A stretch of 64,000 bases of DNA from Octopus sinensis (Eukaryota): positions 7,253,360-7,317,359 of the forward strand of contig NC_043019.1 of NCBI RefSeq assembly GCF_006345805.1. The letters run 5' to 3'. The notes beneath the pieces were generated by a model. That model did not search any database and was not told the origin of the DNA. It worked only from the letters and a program-made list of their open reading frames with translations. Of the stretch, positions 12,315 to 26,200 are shown one piece after another (position 1 is the stretch's first letter; each line of letters opens with the position of its first letter). Made by a program: the position numbers and the translations under genes.

Positions 12315-12672
12315 CACATATATATATATATATACATACACACATACACACACACACATATATATATATATATTTATATATATATATGTACAAACACACA
12401 CATATATATATACATGCGCATGTATGTGCATATGCAGATATATATAGGTGTTTGTCCGTGTGTTTGTGTATGGCTATATATCTATGAAATTTACATACAC
12501 ACATATATATATATATATGTAAAGAGAGAGAGAGAGAGACAGAGAGAGAGAAAGATATAGATATATACATATACTTATATATATATATATGCAAACGCAT
12601 ATATACTAACGTATGTACACGCGTGTGTATGTATATGTTATACATATATGTATCCATGTATGTATATGTGTG

Positions 12673-12704
<32 letters not shown>

Positions 12705-12730
12705 TGTATGTATGTATGTATGTGTGTGTG
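11930..12730. repeat. Compound (TA)n/(CA)n/(GA)n/(TATG)n microsatellite field
   Basis: Read directly. Confidence 0.93.
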
Positions 12731-12905
12731 TATGTACGCACGTATCGCCATCTTTGTAAGAAATTGTTAACACACCACAATTACATTTCTCCCTGGCTAT
12801 CTCTACCTCCATATTTGAGATTTGTATGAGAACAAGAAACATCATATTCCCTTATTCCCAGAACACTACGATCTCAAGATTGTTGGTGATATTTTACTGA
12901 ACACG

Positions 12906-12948
<43 letters not shown>

Positions 12949-13866
12949 TCACACACACTTACACATACTCACATATATAAATATATATGTATATCAGAGT
13001 GTGTGTGAGTGTATGAATAGATATTCATATAGGAATGTATATTATATCTAAATCTATAAATATACACCTATCTTCATTTATAAGCCATACATCATATACA
13101 TGTGCATGTACACATACACATATGTGTACGTATTTATATATTTACGTACATATACACACACATATGCATACGTAAAGCATAGCGCACAATGAACCTCATA
13201 GGTGAAATGAAAATCGTGCAACGATTTTTAAAATTCAAGACAAAAATTTCCATATTTGTTTACTTTTCCTTAAGAATGGAAAACTTTGGAATGTTGCTTC
13301 TTAGCTGCAATGATTTAACTATATATCATGTATATGAATGTTCGCATACAGGTGAACTATTATCGTAGGGGTTCCAGCTATGTCCATCACGATTTGTATC
13401 CACTTAATTCATAGAAGCGTAAAGTATTCATTATTTTCTATTTGTAGTTTAACGCAGACAGGTGCAATTCTTGAGAATTTTTTAATTTACATTTTTCACA
13501 CCTGATACCACCGAGGTCGACCTTACCTTTCAACATTTCGGGTCGATAATATAGGTACCAGTCGAACACTGAGGCGATGTATTCGATATATCTTATCCCA
13601 CGAACTTGCTGGAATTGCTCCAAGATTGGAAACTGATGTTTAGACACATGTAAGGCGGCGAGCTGCAGCAGATTTAGCACACCAATCAACGTGTTACAGC
13701 ATTTCAATCACCTTCACGTTCTCAGTGCAAAATCTGTCAAGCTCGACTTTGACTTCTTCTTTTTCGGAGTGGATAAAATAAGAACCATTTAAGCACAGGC
13801 AGTATATAATGAGAAGAACAATCAATCAATAATAATAATTATAATAGTAATAATAATAATAATACC

Positions 13867-13916
<50 letters not shown>

Positions 13917-13918
<2 letters not shown>

Positions 13919-14474
13919 GCCCTGATGCAGTACCAGGCAGTGGCTCTCATGGCTTCTGATCTTAACTGATTGGAAGTGTTATCATGTACATTATTTTGTC
14001 TTGGTATAAAAGATGGGCTATAGCAAATATTCTGCTCAATACCACAGATTTGCTTGTCAGTTGTTTGACCTTAACCAGTTGAGCATGTCCCTTAGTGGCT
14101 GACGATATGTGCATCTCTGATCACGAGCAGAAGTAGTGGGGGAGCATCATAGCCATGAGTTGAGAGGGATTCTTTGGGGATTTGAATAATTCACCTCTGG
14201 AAACATGTGTGGTTCTTTCAACATCCTTAAACAACCCTTATTCAGGGACCGTTTGAGCGGGATGGGCTACTCAACCTGAAGAAAATTCTAACTGGGTCCC
14301 ACCTGCAAGGTCATGTGCTGTTTATCTTGATATGAGATCACCATGTCGCGCACATATGGTTGTGATGCATGTGCCTGGTGTACCCTTATCAGACGGGTAG
14401 TCATGATGGGTATATTGCGCTTCGTATATTTTACCCCAGTGTCACTTTGATGGCATGAACTGCTCTCTCACTCA
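13917..14474. mobile_element. ~560-bp non-coding, GC-balanced insert between two (AAT)n tracts; probable interspersed repeat
   Basis: Sharp compositional boundaries with (AAT)n on both sides. Only one copy is present in the window, so repeat status is inferred. Confidence 0.45.
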
Positions 14475-14818
14475 ATAATGATAATAATAATAATAATTTT
14501 CCTGAGGGAACGCAAAAGAGGTTTGCTTATTGCCTTCCTTCGAATACATTTTCATGAGACGCCATTTCATCGGCTTGACAGATAAATTATTTCTCATTCA
14601 TCTCGGTAAAGAGCTGGAACATATGTCATGAAGTATTTTGTGCAAAGCTCTTAGAGTTCCGGCATAATTTGTCTTAGAGCAACACCGGAATATCCTGTTT
14701 TTTATCGACAGCGGAAGGATGAAATGTTCAAGTTCAGTAAAAATTTCAATATAAACGTTGTTTGTTAGCACTCATTGCGGTTGAAAATAACAGAATTTCC
14801 CATTTTATACCCTACCGC

Positions 14819-15040
14819 AAGGGCGGCGAGCTGGCAGAACCGTTAGCAAGCAAAATGCTTAGCGGTATTTCGTCTGTCGTGACGTTCTCAGTTCAAATTA
14901 CGCCGAAGTCGACTTTGGCTTTCATCTTTTCGAGGTCGATTAAATAAGTAACAGTTACGCACTGGAGTCGATGTAATCAACTTAATCCCTCTGTCTATCC
15001 TAGTTCGTCCCCTCTGAGTTTATCCCTCTGTGGGAAATAT
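14819..15040 (+). mobile_element. tRNA-derived SINE, family B
   Basis: GGCGGCGAGCTGGCAGAA...GTTCAAATT...GTCGACTTTG. Matches copies at 19665, 29989, 30835 and 55865. Confidence 0.85.
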
Positions 15041-16439
15041 CACAATAATACGATAGAGGCCCCAAACCACAATCACATTTAACTACTTTTTATTCGAACA
15101 TAAAATTATGAACTCACTTTTCGCTCCTCTCACCCCCAAAAAGAAAGAAAATAAAGGCTCTTTAAGAGCAAAGGGCTGTGCATTCACTTATTCATTTAAT
15201 CTAAAATGAAATATTGCAAAAGCATCTATAAATTATAATTAAAAATAAACATAGAAAGCGCTTCAAAGGCATGAATTTAAGGCGAATTATTGTTTTACCG
15301 CCTTTATGGTAAATATTACATAAACAAACAACAATTAATATAATGGAATATACATGTCCACTTCATAAATCCTGTAGCAAAGAATTAATCTCTTCATAAT
15401 AGGAGTGATCTCGACAAAACCAAACCTCAAAGTTGTGTGTGAACGCTACATAGGCATAACTGAAGGAAAGAACAAGCACAGTTATCTTTCACATTTTACT
15501 CGTCCAACAAATTAGGCTGAAGCTATGCTGGGGCACAACCTTGAAGAATATATGTAGAAAGGATGAAACCCCGCACTTGTTATATCTTCCCAAGCCTGGT
15601 ACGTATCTATCGGTCTCTTTATCCGAACCACTACGTTACGGGGACCTAAACATGGTGTCGTTCTGGGGGACTGAACGCGGAGCCATGTAGTTGGAGATCA
15701 AGTTTCTTACCACACAACAACGCCTGCGCTTAGATGTGAGATTTTTCAAAATATTTCAAATCCGATATTTTATCAGAATCGATAATATACCTGATAATAT
15801 AATATACCTTATTTGCAGCATTTTCTCCGGCTTTCGGCGGTCTTGAGCTTACATTCGCGTAGGAACATCCTTGCATCTCGCGCTTTCAGGAGTGATATGT
15901 ATTGTACCATACTGCCACACAACAGTGCTACCATACTATTATGCTTGGTTCGTCTACATTACTTTATATGAAATATAGGACAGATTTCCAAGTTTCTATG
16001 GCGCATGTATTCCGCCACCCCCATTGGATGGGACGCTAATCTGTTGCAAGAATACGCACTTTTATCAGTTGAGTGGGCTGGAGCAACGGGAAGTATAGGA
16101 TTTTGCTGAAGAACACAGCACCGCGCATCCGTTGCAAGAATGAAATTCAGACTCATACAATCACGAATCCAAAACTCTAGCCACTAAGCTATAGGCATCT
16201 ACAACCATAGAACCATAGTTACATAGGAATATAGTACCATATTATCGGTCAAAGGGTCAACTGCAATCTCTTCCTCCAAATGACACATTCTGCATGTTTG
16301 TCGCCGTGTCACCATGTGTGAGAGACACGTGACTGTGCATGCATATGCTCGCGTATAACACGGCCACTTAAAATAAAAGGAGAAAGCATAGTATATCCTG
16401 ATACCAACTCAATTCTCGATAGTGAGATACGCCCATATT

Positions 16440-16499
16440 GTATATACACACAGATATACATACATATACACATACACATATATATATAATATATATACA

Positions 16500-16569
<70 letters not shown>

Positions 16570-16653
16570 GTGCATATATATATATACATATAATATATAT
16601 ATAAGTGCATATATATATATATATGCATAATATATATATATATATATAAGTGC

Positions 16654-16703
<50 letters not shown>

Positions 16704-16745
16704 AGTGCATATATATATATATATATACATATACACATACATACG

Positions 16746-16785
<40 letters not shown>

Positions 16786-17526
16786 CGTGCGTGCCTTTGG
16801 GTGGGTGGGGGTAGCGCTCATTTATATAGCTATATAATGTTACGACTATTAAAATCAACTCTATCTGTCTGAAATCATAATTAAATATAAGGACTCCATT
16901 TAGTTTTTTAAATAGATTAGGAGAGATGCACAGAGAGAAGAATAAATAGAATTAATCTCACCAATAGAATACATGAAAGATAATATCACAGCCACCACAA
17001 CAACCGCAACATCATCTACAGGAACAGCAGCAGCAGCTGAAGCAGCAGAAGCAGCGGTAGCAGCGGTAGCAGAAGTAGCAGCCGAAACAAAAACAACAAA
17101 AAATACAAACAACAAGAGCAACAAAAAACAACAACGACAGCAGCAAGAATAACAACAATAATAATAATAATATGCGATGATGATGATGATGATGATGGTG
17201 ATGACGACGATGATGATGATGATGAAGATAATGATGATGATGATGATGATATTGATAAATTTTGTTGTTTTTTTTTTCAATAACAATCCAGAACAATGAG
17301 AATATTACAAAACTATAGAGAAAACTATACGAATCGTAATCAAAACCATCACTAATGCTTGGTACATATGTATGTGTGTGTGTATATATATATATATATA
17401 TACAGGTGTGTATATTTGTAGGTTTGTATATATATAAATGTGCGTGTATATGTAGCTATTTATAATATGTATGTATGTATACACATTATATATAAATAAA
17501 TACGTTGCATATGTGTATACGTACAC

Positions 17527-17594
<68 letters not shown>

Positions 17595-17617
17595 TATATA
17601 TATACAGATATATATGG

Positions 17618-17652
<35 letters not shown>

Positions 17653-17665
17653 ATATATATATAAT
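16440..17665. repeat. Microsatellite field: (TA)n with TAAGTGCA interruptions, (CAG/CAA/GAT)n, (TA)n
   Basis: Read directly. Confidence 0.9.
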
Positions 17666-18459
17666 TCGATTTTAAAGTATATTAGAAATAGCAGCAATAA
17701 AGCATAACGTAAAAAAAAAACAATACAAAGAAGCAAGGAGCATATATTTATAAACACACGCTCGCGCCCGCACACACACATACACACACACACATATATG
17801 TAAACTCAAATTTTTAAAGCAATTTGCGTTGCATAATTGTTTAAATTAACTTTTGTTTACTTTTTGCAAGTCCATCTTGTATGTTCTCGGGTATATTTAG
17901 TTTTTTATTTGCGTGTCAATTATATTCTGTATTTTACTGTTTCTTTTGCAGAAAGGTTAAATGGTGAAAATAAATTGTTTTTGCTTATATTAAAAATCAT
18001 TCGGTAATGTCACAACACAAATTCTGTCTGAATTGGTAAAAGTAAGAAACAAAATACCATTGGTAAAAGAAACAAAACACCATTTCCATATTATCTGCTG
18101 AATGATTTTTAAAAAGTCTAACATTTGTTATTGATGTTAGGTTTTTCTATAGACATAGCAAGTAGTCCGCTGGTAGGGTTGATAGAGTGTCCGGCTAACT
18201 GCTGTGCCGCATTTGTTCCGATATTTTATTCATTCAGTTCAAAACCTGTGCAGGTCGGCTTCTTTTGTCATCGTTGGGCCCCTGGATTTTCATGATTGGA
18301 GACATAAATCTCACAGGGCAGGTCCCCCAGTTTGCATGGCGAAACCAGGTCCCCCAGTTTGCATGGCGAAACCACGTCTAGGGTTGCGATATTTGCTACT
18401 ACTACTATTAACTTCCTTGCCATACGTCGTTACTCGCGTGACGAAGTGCGGAAAGGGAT

Positions 18460-18665
18460 GCGCTCAAAGGCCTTTTTCCCAGATTCTATGGCACATATAT
18501 ATTTCCTCGACCCGATTAGACGGGACCCCATACATCGCATGCGTGTCCTGCATTTCTCGTTTCTACAGCTCAAGAGACTCAAACAACGTAAATTGAAGTG
18601 TTTTGGTCAAGAACACAACGCGTCGCCCGACCGAGGAATTCATAAAACCAACATCTTACGGGAAA
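18460..18665 (-). mobile_element. Degenerate SINE fragment (paired with 20005-20262)
   Basis: GAAGTGTTTTGGTCAAGAACACAACGCGTCGCCC is the reverse of a SINE head/core. It shares unusual variants with the copy at 20 kb. Confidence 0.7.
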
Positions 18666-19664
18666 AAGAAAAAAAAATGGTGAAAAAATAACCCGAACGG
18701 CGGCAGCGTACCAGCGCCGCGACGGCCGACAGGAGTAGGAGGACGTGAGACAGGGGGGAAGAAGGACGGACAGAGAATGAAACGACCGAAATCACACAAT
18801 TTCTCCAGAGCACCGGTCTGTCGCAGGATTACTCTTTTACAGATATGTGTACGGAAATAAAGTGTAGTGAAGGGTTTTGCTCAAGGAATCAACGGTCCGT
18901 CGATCCGGAAATCGAAGCCTTAATGACGTAATCATGAGTGCAGCATGATAAACACTAGGTCATGCACTTCTTCGTTCATCCTTTTGGGGTCCTTAAACGA
19001 AAATGCAATCAGGATTGCCGCGGGTTAAGCTAGACCACCATTTTGGAGAGTTTCATAGAAAAATCGACACTGAACTTGTTTATATTGTACTTGTTTGTTT
19101 GGTCCTTTTTTGTCGAACAGTTATTTGGATGTAAACAAAATAACTCTGCTGTCAATTGATTAACCACATACCAGCACAGAGACGAACAAATGTGCACTCC
19201 CTCACATATATAGGCCGAAGGGTTAATATATAAATTAGTGTTATCGATTATCTGTAACTCACAATATTTGACGACGGGAAATTATTTGCGCAAAACATAA
19301 AACGTGGCCTTTACTTATACAATCAGTAGCGTACTCCAGGAAAAAGAGGAAAAAGAAACAAGAGATGCAATAATTAAATAGGGTTATTAATTGAAATATC
19401 GGTGAAGGCATTGATGTCCATTGAAGTGTTCTTGTCTCGTGAGTGTTAGAAAAAGAACATTTATTAGGAGAACAACAAATTGCGTTGCAATTAATTGGGA
19501 ATGCTTGGAATTAAATTCGTCTGCATCGTTGAGTGACTTCCCTTTAACGCCTGCAATCAAATTCCGTCTCGTGCAATTTGTCCTGTCATTCATTTTGGGG
19601 TCAATAAAATACGTACGAATGAACCTATTCATTTGATTTAATTGGCAGTAGACCGCCCATAAAA

Positions 19665-19870
19665 TGGCGGCGAGCTGGCAGAATCGTTATGATGCCGAGT
19701 AAACTACTTAGCGCTATTTCGTCCGTCATTACGTTCTGAGTTCAAATCCCGCTGACGTCAACTTTATATTTCATCTTTTCGGGATCCATAAAATAATTAC
19801 CAGTCGTGCACTGGAGTCGAAGTAGTCGCCTCCCCTGAAATTACTGGCCTTCTAACAAAATTTGCGATCA
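19665..19870 (+). mobile_element. SINE family B, diverged
   Basis: Similarity to 29989-30223 and 55865-56105. Confidence 0.8.
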
Positions 19871-20004
19871 ATATTCTACCCATAAAGGATATGAGACGCT
19901 AGAACCATCCAACAGACACAACACATTCACATACACAAAACATAATTCAAATATATTTCAATGAATAACTTGTCTTATTTTCAAATCGAAAGAAAAAATA
20001 TCCA

Positions 20005-20262
20005 AGGTCCCTTCCGAGCCAAAGGATCTTTTCCCAGATTCTATGGCATATATACTTCATTAACCAGATTAGACGGGACGTCCGTCCATCGTAAGAATAT
20101 CCTGCATTTCTCGTTTCTACAGCTCAGGAGACAGAAGCAACATGAAATGAAGTGTTTTTCTCCAGACCACAATGCATCGCCCAACCCAGGAATTCATAAA
20201 ACCACCATCTTACGACCACAAATACAACACCCCAACAACTAAGCCACGCACCTCCACATTGT
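20005..20262 (-). mobile_element. Degenerate SINE (tRNA head at right end)
   Basis: Ends AACTAAGCCACGCACCTCCAC, the reverse of an A-box head; paralogous to 18460-18665. Confidence 0.7.
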
Positions 20263-21159
20263 GGTTTTATAAACACGCCTTTTAAAATAATTAGTCGAGA
20301 TTAAGTATCTATTATCGTTTATTTTCTTGTAGAGAAATTTCAAGATAACCTGAAGATAAGCTGAATAATATTTTTAATCTAAAAACCAATACCTCCTTCA
20401 AATGAGAAATTAATCAATTATTTTGCTGTGAATATGTTTTGTATTGATAAAATGTTTGAAGAAATATAGCTTGAAAATTTGATTTTGATTTATTTGTATT
20501 CGATGAATTGGTCATTAGACGAATCCTCCTTTCTACAACTTGGTCTTTCGACCAAAATATCTTTTGGGAAACTTGCATTCGTCAGGCGCGTTTTTGAGAA
20601 TTTTTTATTATCCCCGCCACCCGCCACAAATTATCATCGTGCATTTCTTCAAGCAATTCTCTCTATAATGCAAGTTTTGTTTATCCTCCTGTCAAGTTTT
20701 CAACTTATGTGTTATCTTCCTGCGTTAGAGATTCAGCTTTTCCAATCGCTGTCCGCCACGTAGTGTGAAAACTCCATCAAAAGTAGGAACTGCTAAAAAA
20801 CGTAGTAACAAGGTTACAAACCGCCATCAGAGCTGCTAACTGTTTGTCATTGATTCCATGGAATCCCTGATAGATGTCTCAGCCTCAGCACATATATCTG
20901 CATCATGAGTAATACCTTCGGATGATTTTGTCAGCAGAGAAACATTTTGATCGGCATAACACGACAATTACGCAGAAAATGAAAGAATCGAGTTTCCAAT
21001 CGCCACAGATTACATCGACTCCAATTGCTTAATATTTACTCACTTTATCGACCCCGAAAGGCAAAGTTGACTACAGCAGGATTCGAACTCAGAATATAGA
21101 GATGGGCCAAATGTCGTTGAGCAATTTATTCGACGCATTAACATTTTTGATAATTGGTC

Positions 21160-22600
21160 CCTGGAGGAGAAATGGAAAGGCACTCTAGGCAATGCTGAAT
21201 GGAGGGAATAACATTGAAGCTAGAAATGCATGGAGTGTGCCAGTATTAAGTTACTCTGGTCTCTTTCTGAAATGGACAAAGACTGAGATACAGAACTTGG
21301 GTCGAAGAACTAGGAAGCTGCTCACAAGGCACAACGCACACCATCCTGGAAATCTTACCATCCTAGCAAATAATGATGGGGTGAGAGGATTACTAAACGC
21401 AGAAGACACTGTTTATATTGCGATACCGGGTCTAAGGGCGCCTGGCTGAGTGGTTTGAGTAATAGGATCACGATTGTAAGGTCGTAGGTTCGATTCCAGG
21501 CGGCGCATTTTATCATTGAGCAAGATATTTTTTTTCTTTGCTCAAGACCACTCAGTTGGCAAAAATGAGTAATAACTGTATTTCAAAGGGCCGGCTTTGT
21601 CCCATTTTGTGTCACTCTGAATCTCCTAGAGAACTATATTAACGGTATGCAAGTCTGTGGAGTTCTCTGCCACTTGCACGCTAATGTCACGATTAGGCAT
21701 TCAGATTAACTGGAACACTCGTCGTCGTAACCGACGGAGCGCCAGTGTCGGGTCTGAAAAATCATGCTGCGCAGAGTAAAGAGAGTATACTACAGACAGT
21801 CTAAAATATCCAAAAAAGTGACTGAAACAGTTGGAGAATTAAAAGAGAAATTGAAGAACAGAAGAGGTAAATGAAAAGAAACTACCAGGTAAATTTATGC
21901 ACAAACCGAGAATATTGGAAGTAAAGAACGCTGGCTCCGGCTGAAAGACAGGTAGCGAAATGCTAATTATATCTGCTCAGGAACAAGTAATTATTACGGA
22001 TCTGATAAAAGCAAAGATCAAAAAAATCATTGAGACACCAAATTTGGAATCTTCAGGAGAGGCGACAAAAATATCAATCACCTCTTGAGTGAGTGCAATA
22101 AACTACCACGAAAAGAGTAAAAGCACATGGATAACTAGGTGGGTGGAGGGAAGAGTGCACTGCCATGCTAAGCAAGTGCGTAGCTTCAAAGTAATAGGAA
22201 AATGGCTGTGATAAAGGATGAGAATTACAGAATGTAGTGGAACTTCCTTGTAAAAACAGAACAAATTACCAGAACAAGGAGAAGAGAGAATTATAGAGGA
22301 CAAAAACAATCATTATAAGATCATAGATATTGCAATTCCCTTTGATGTCACATTTGATACTAAAGAAATTAAAATATAACGAGAAATATCATGATGTAGC
22401 TAGAGAACTGAAGAGACAGCAATTATTTCAGTAGCAAATGGTGCACTTGGCACCACAACAAACATGCTACCTAAAAGACCGGCGCAGGTTGCTATAGTAA
22501 CCCTCATTGTCAACCTCGCAGAAAAGTACCATTCAGTATTCGCCAAGAATCCAAAGTAAAATTTCTTGAGATTTATGGTGACTTGATGTTACCAAAGCTC
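21160..22600 (+). mobile_element. Old, decayed R4/Dong-clade LINE 3' half (post-RT, zinc knuckle and RLE region), interrupted by a SINE
   Basis: NIEARNAWSVPVLSYSGLFLKWTKTEIQNLGRRTRKLLTRHNAHHP...GVRGLL aligns with RIEAINALAIPVVTYSFNVVNW...LDRKIRKLLTMHRMHHP...GGRGLL of the young copy. Later remnants include SAQEQVI, INHLLSECNKL, IIDIAIPFD and GALG. Confidence 0.8.
21436..21745 (+). mobile_element. tRNA-derived SINE, family D, with 7-bp target-site duplication CGGGTCT
   Basis: A-box TGGCTGAGTGG and B-box GGTTCGATTCC. CGGGTCT occurs at 21427-21433 and 21749-21755, and the LINE reading frame resumes across it. Confidence 0.85.
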
Positions 22601-22648
22601 AAGATGTAGTCTCTGCTAAATAAATTATCGTGCCTTCGCGCATTAATA

Positions 22649-22727
<79 letters not shown>

Positions 22728-22729
<2 letters not shown>

Positions 22730-23040
22730 CTTTCAAAATACAAAGGCATGGAAATAGAGGTAACTCGAATGTGGAATCTAAAAACAGAAACAATTCCTAC
22801 CATAGTAGGTGCATTGAGCATGATAAAAAAATATTCAGACAAATACATAGCAAAAGCACCAGGAGTTACAAACACATATAACATACAGAAAATTGCACTA
22901 CTAGGCACCGCATACATCCTATGTAAAACACTTTCAATACGGTAAAACTAGGAGCATCACAAGAAACTACAGCACATATCCAAGGCATACAGAGCTGCGC
23001 TCGGTAGTGAAGTGAAAGCACGTTATATAAATAAAACTAC
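22728..23040 (+). mobile_element. 5'-truncated R4/Dong-clade LINE 3' stub (second subfamily)
   Basis: EIEVTRMWNLKTETIPTIVGALSMIKK...IQKIALLGTAYILCKTLSI* matches the C-terminus of the young element; flanked by (AAT)n. Confidence 0.88.
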
Positions 23041-23065
23041 AGAATGATAATGATTGATGATGATG

Positions 23066-23099
<34 letters not shown>

Positions 23100-23204
23100 G
23101 TGTTGATGGTGGCTGTGGCTACACATTGAAGATGATGATGGTGATGGTGATGTTGCTGATGATGGTGATGGTGGTGAAGATGATAGTAATAACAATAATA
23201 ACTG

Positions 23205-26200
23205 ACAGATCCCGTCTTTTTCCCTTTCTTTTCGTTTCCTTCTCCGTATTTTATTCTCATTATTTCGAACTAATACAGACACAGTAAGCCTTGAAGAAAG
23301 GAAGAGGAGGAAAGGAGGAAAAAAAAAATGTCCGGAGATAAAACTATCAACAAAAAAAATACAGACGAATATAGATCTGCTAGTCTTAAGAAGCGGCGCT
23401 ATGAGCAATGCTTACATGTAGTGAACCCTAAACTGACAGATCCATCTCCTAATATAAGAATGGATGCTCGTCATGCTTCAAGGTCAACAAATCAAACAAT
23501 AAACCGCATTGGTCATTGCGCGGATTACAAAAGACCACGTACCCGAAAATTGAACCAAATCCTGATTGAAAAATCAGTTACTGGATCAAATCTTCCCAAC
23601 ACACAGGAGCTGGACGAACCCCACAACCGGAATATTCCAACAGATGGCCATCCATGCTCATCACCAAATAATCAAAAGAAAAAGAAGGAAAAATGTTCTA
23701 GGGAAGATAATAAAGAAGTTCTTGAGGCCTTCTACCATGCCATATATTTCCCCACAGATAAGTCTAGCACTGTACAAGCATACTTAAACTGGAGACAGAA
23801 ACACCCTGAAGTAAGACCCTACATAGACAGTAACAAGCTTGCCAATGTTAGAAGAAACATTATAAAAAGAAATTACTGACTGAAGTAGAGATTGATCAGG
23901 TTAGACAAGCAATATCGGATAAATGGACGAAGCTGCAGCTAGAGAAGATAATACAGAGGAAATGATTATAGACCAGCCCAGGGCGGATAAAAACGAAGAG
24001 AGGATTGAAAGAGTTAGTATAAGTGATAGGCAAAGTGAAATACGCCCTGAACCAATCATAAACACTAAGACAGATGAGCATCAAATAGATAAAGAAAGTC
24101 ACACAAATATTGACCCAACAGAACTACATGAGCTAAAAAATCAATCATGATTGAATGGCTGAAAATTAAAGAAACCAGCATGGATGAGCGTGATACACTT
24201 CCTAAAATCCGCAACTCTAACCAAAACATGAAAATAATTGGTAAAATCCGGCTTGCACTTAAGGATATAATTTCAGTTAATGATGTTGATATCACAAACC
24301 TCACCACCTATACTATGCATCCGCGAAAATCTCAACGATCCTATGTGGTGTAAAGATTAGAAAAAGGCAACAGTCCCACAAAAAGCCTTCTTGGCAAGAG
24401 CGTCTGCAACAACAAATTAAAGTATTTAGATCTGACATTGATTATTTGAAAAACCTTAAGGCTCACAAGACTACCAAACCTACAAAAACCCAAAAATTAC
24501 TGAAAAAATACAATATGAAAACTATACTTGATATTGATGCCACCATAGAAACCATCAAACAAAAGGTATCTGCCAAAGCTGCCCGCATAGCGAGGTATGA
24601 AAAGCGTGTTAGATTTTTCAAGGACAACAACATGTTCAAAAATAACACCAAGAATTTTTACAGGAAGATAGGAAAAACAGCGTTTACTGCAGGGTCTGTC
24701 CATCAAAAGAAGAAGTGCAGAGATTTTGGAATAAATCTGGGCAGAAGAAAAAACACACAACGAAAAGGCCCCCTGGATTGACAGAATATCTACAGAACTG
24801 GACCCCTTAGAAGAGCAAAAGTGGGAGGGTGTCAAGGTAGAAGATATAAGATCTGCTCTCAGGAGGTCAAGCAAATGGAAGTCTCCAGGAAAGGATAAAA
24901 TTCCTAACTTCTGGCTGAATGCCTTCCCAGAGAGCCATGAACTGCTAACAGAACTGTACAATGATGTTTTGCAACACCCTAGTAGGATGCCTCCTTGGCT
25001 AGTTAATGGGTTAACATTCCTGCTTCCAAAAAGTGAAGAAACAAATGAACCAAAAAACTATAGACCCATAACCTGCTTAACAACTATGTACAAAACACTA
25101 ACATCTGTCCTGACGGAATATACCTATAGTTTTTTAACAGACAGCAGCATATTCCCTAATGAACAGAAAGGATGTAAACGTGGATCCTACGGCTGTAAAG
25201 ACCAACTACTCATCAATAGATGATCTTAGAAGATTGTCACAAACGACACAAAAACTTATCAATAGCCTGGATAGACTATAAAAAGGCTTTTGATAGCCTA
25301 CCACATAGCTGGATTAGGAAATGCCTTGAAATGTATAAGATAGCACCAACTCTGCGAAACTTCTTGACTGTAAGTATGAGATCATGGAGAACACACTAAC
25401 TCTGAACAGGACAGTGAATCCCTAAATGCTGGTGATGTAAAAATTTCGTGTGGCATTTTCCAGGGTGACTCACTGTCACCACTCCTCTTCTGTTTATCCT
25501 TAATACCTCTCTCAAAGCTGCTCAATGACGCGCAGTACGGGTATAAAATGTTTGATAAAAATATAAATCATCTCGTTTACATGGATGATTTAAAGCTTTT
25601 TGCAAAAAATGATCAACAACTCAAGGGCTTACTAGCGATAGTCAAACAATTCAGTGACGACATCAGAATGCAATTCGGCCTCGATAAATGTGCAAAGGCT
25701 ACCTTTATCAAAGGAAAAATGACAGAAACATCTAACGTTAACCTTGACCAACAGAATGTCATAAAAGACTAGACCCAGCGGAGAGCTACAAGTACCTAGG
25801 GGTAATTGAAGGGAACGGAATAAGGCATTCAGAGGTGAAGGAAAGGATCAGGAGAGAATGCTATCGAAGAGTGAGAGCAATACTCAAGACAGAGCTGAAT
25901 GCAAGAAACAGGATCGAAGCAATCAATGCATTAGCTATACCAGTCGTTACTTACAGTTTCAATGTTGTTAACTGGTCAATTACTGAATATGTCAGCTCGA
26001 CAGAAAAATAAGGAAACTGTTGACAATGCATAGAATGCACCACCCTAAGGCAGATACAGAACGACTCTATCTGCCAAGAAAAGGGAGGCCGTGGTCTTTT
26101 GCAACTGGCAATAACAATGAAGATTGCTACAATTGCCTAGACACCTACCTGAAAACTCTGAGGACTGGATGTTAAAACTTGTCTCAAAACATGAAAACAA

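Noticed and set aside
18204-18691. Overlapping 119-130 aa ORFs
   Set aside because: They run through a 27-bp duplication and an antisense SINE relic, with no recognisable domain.
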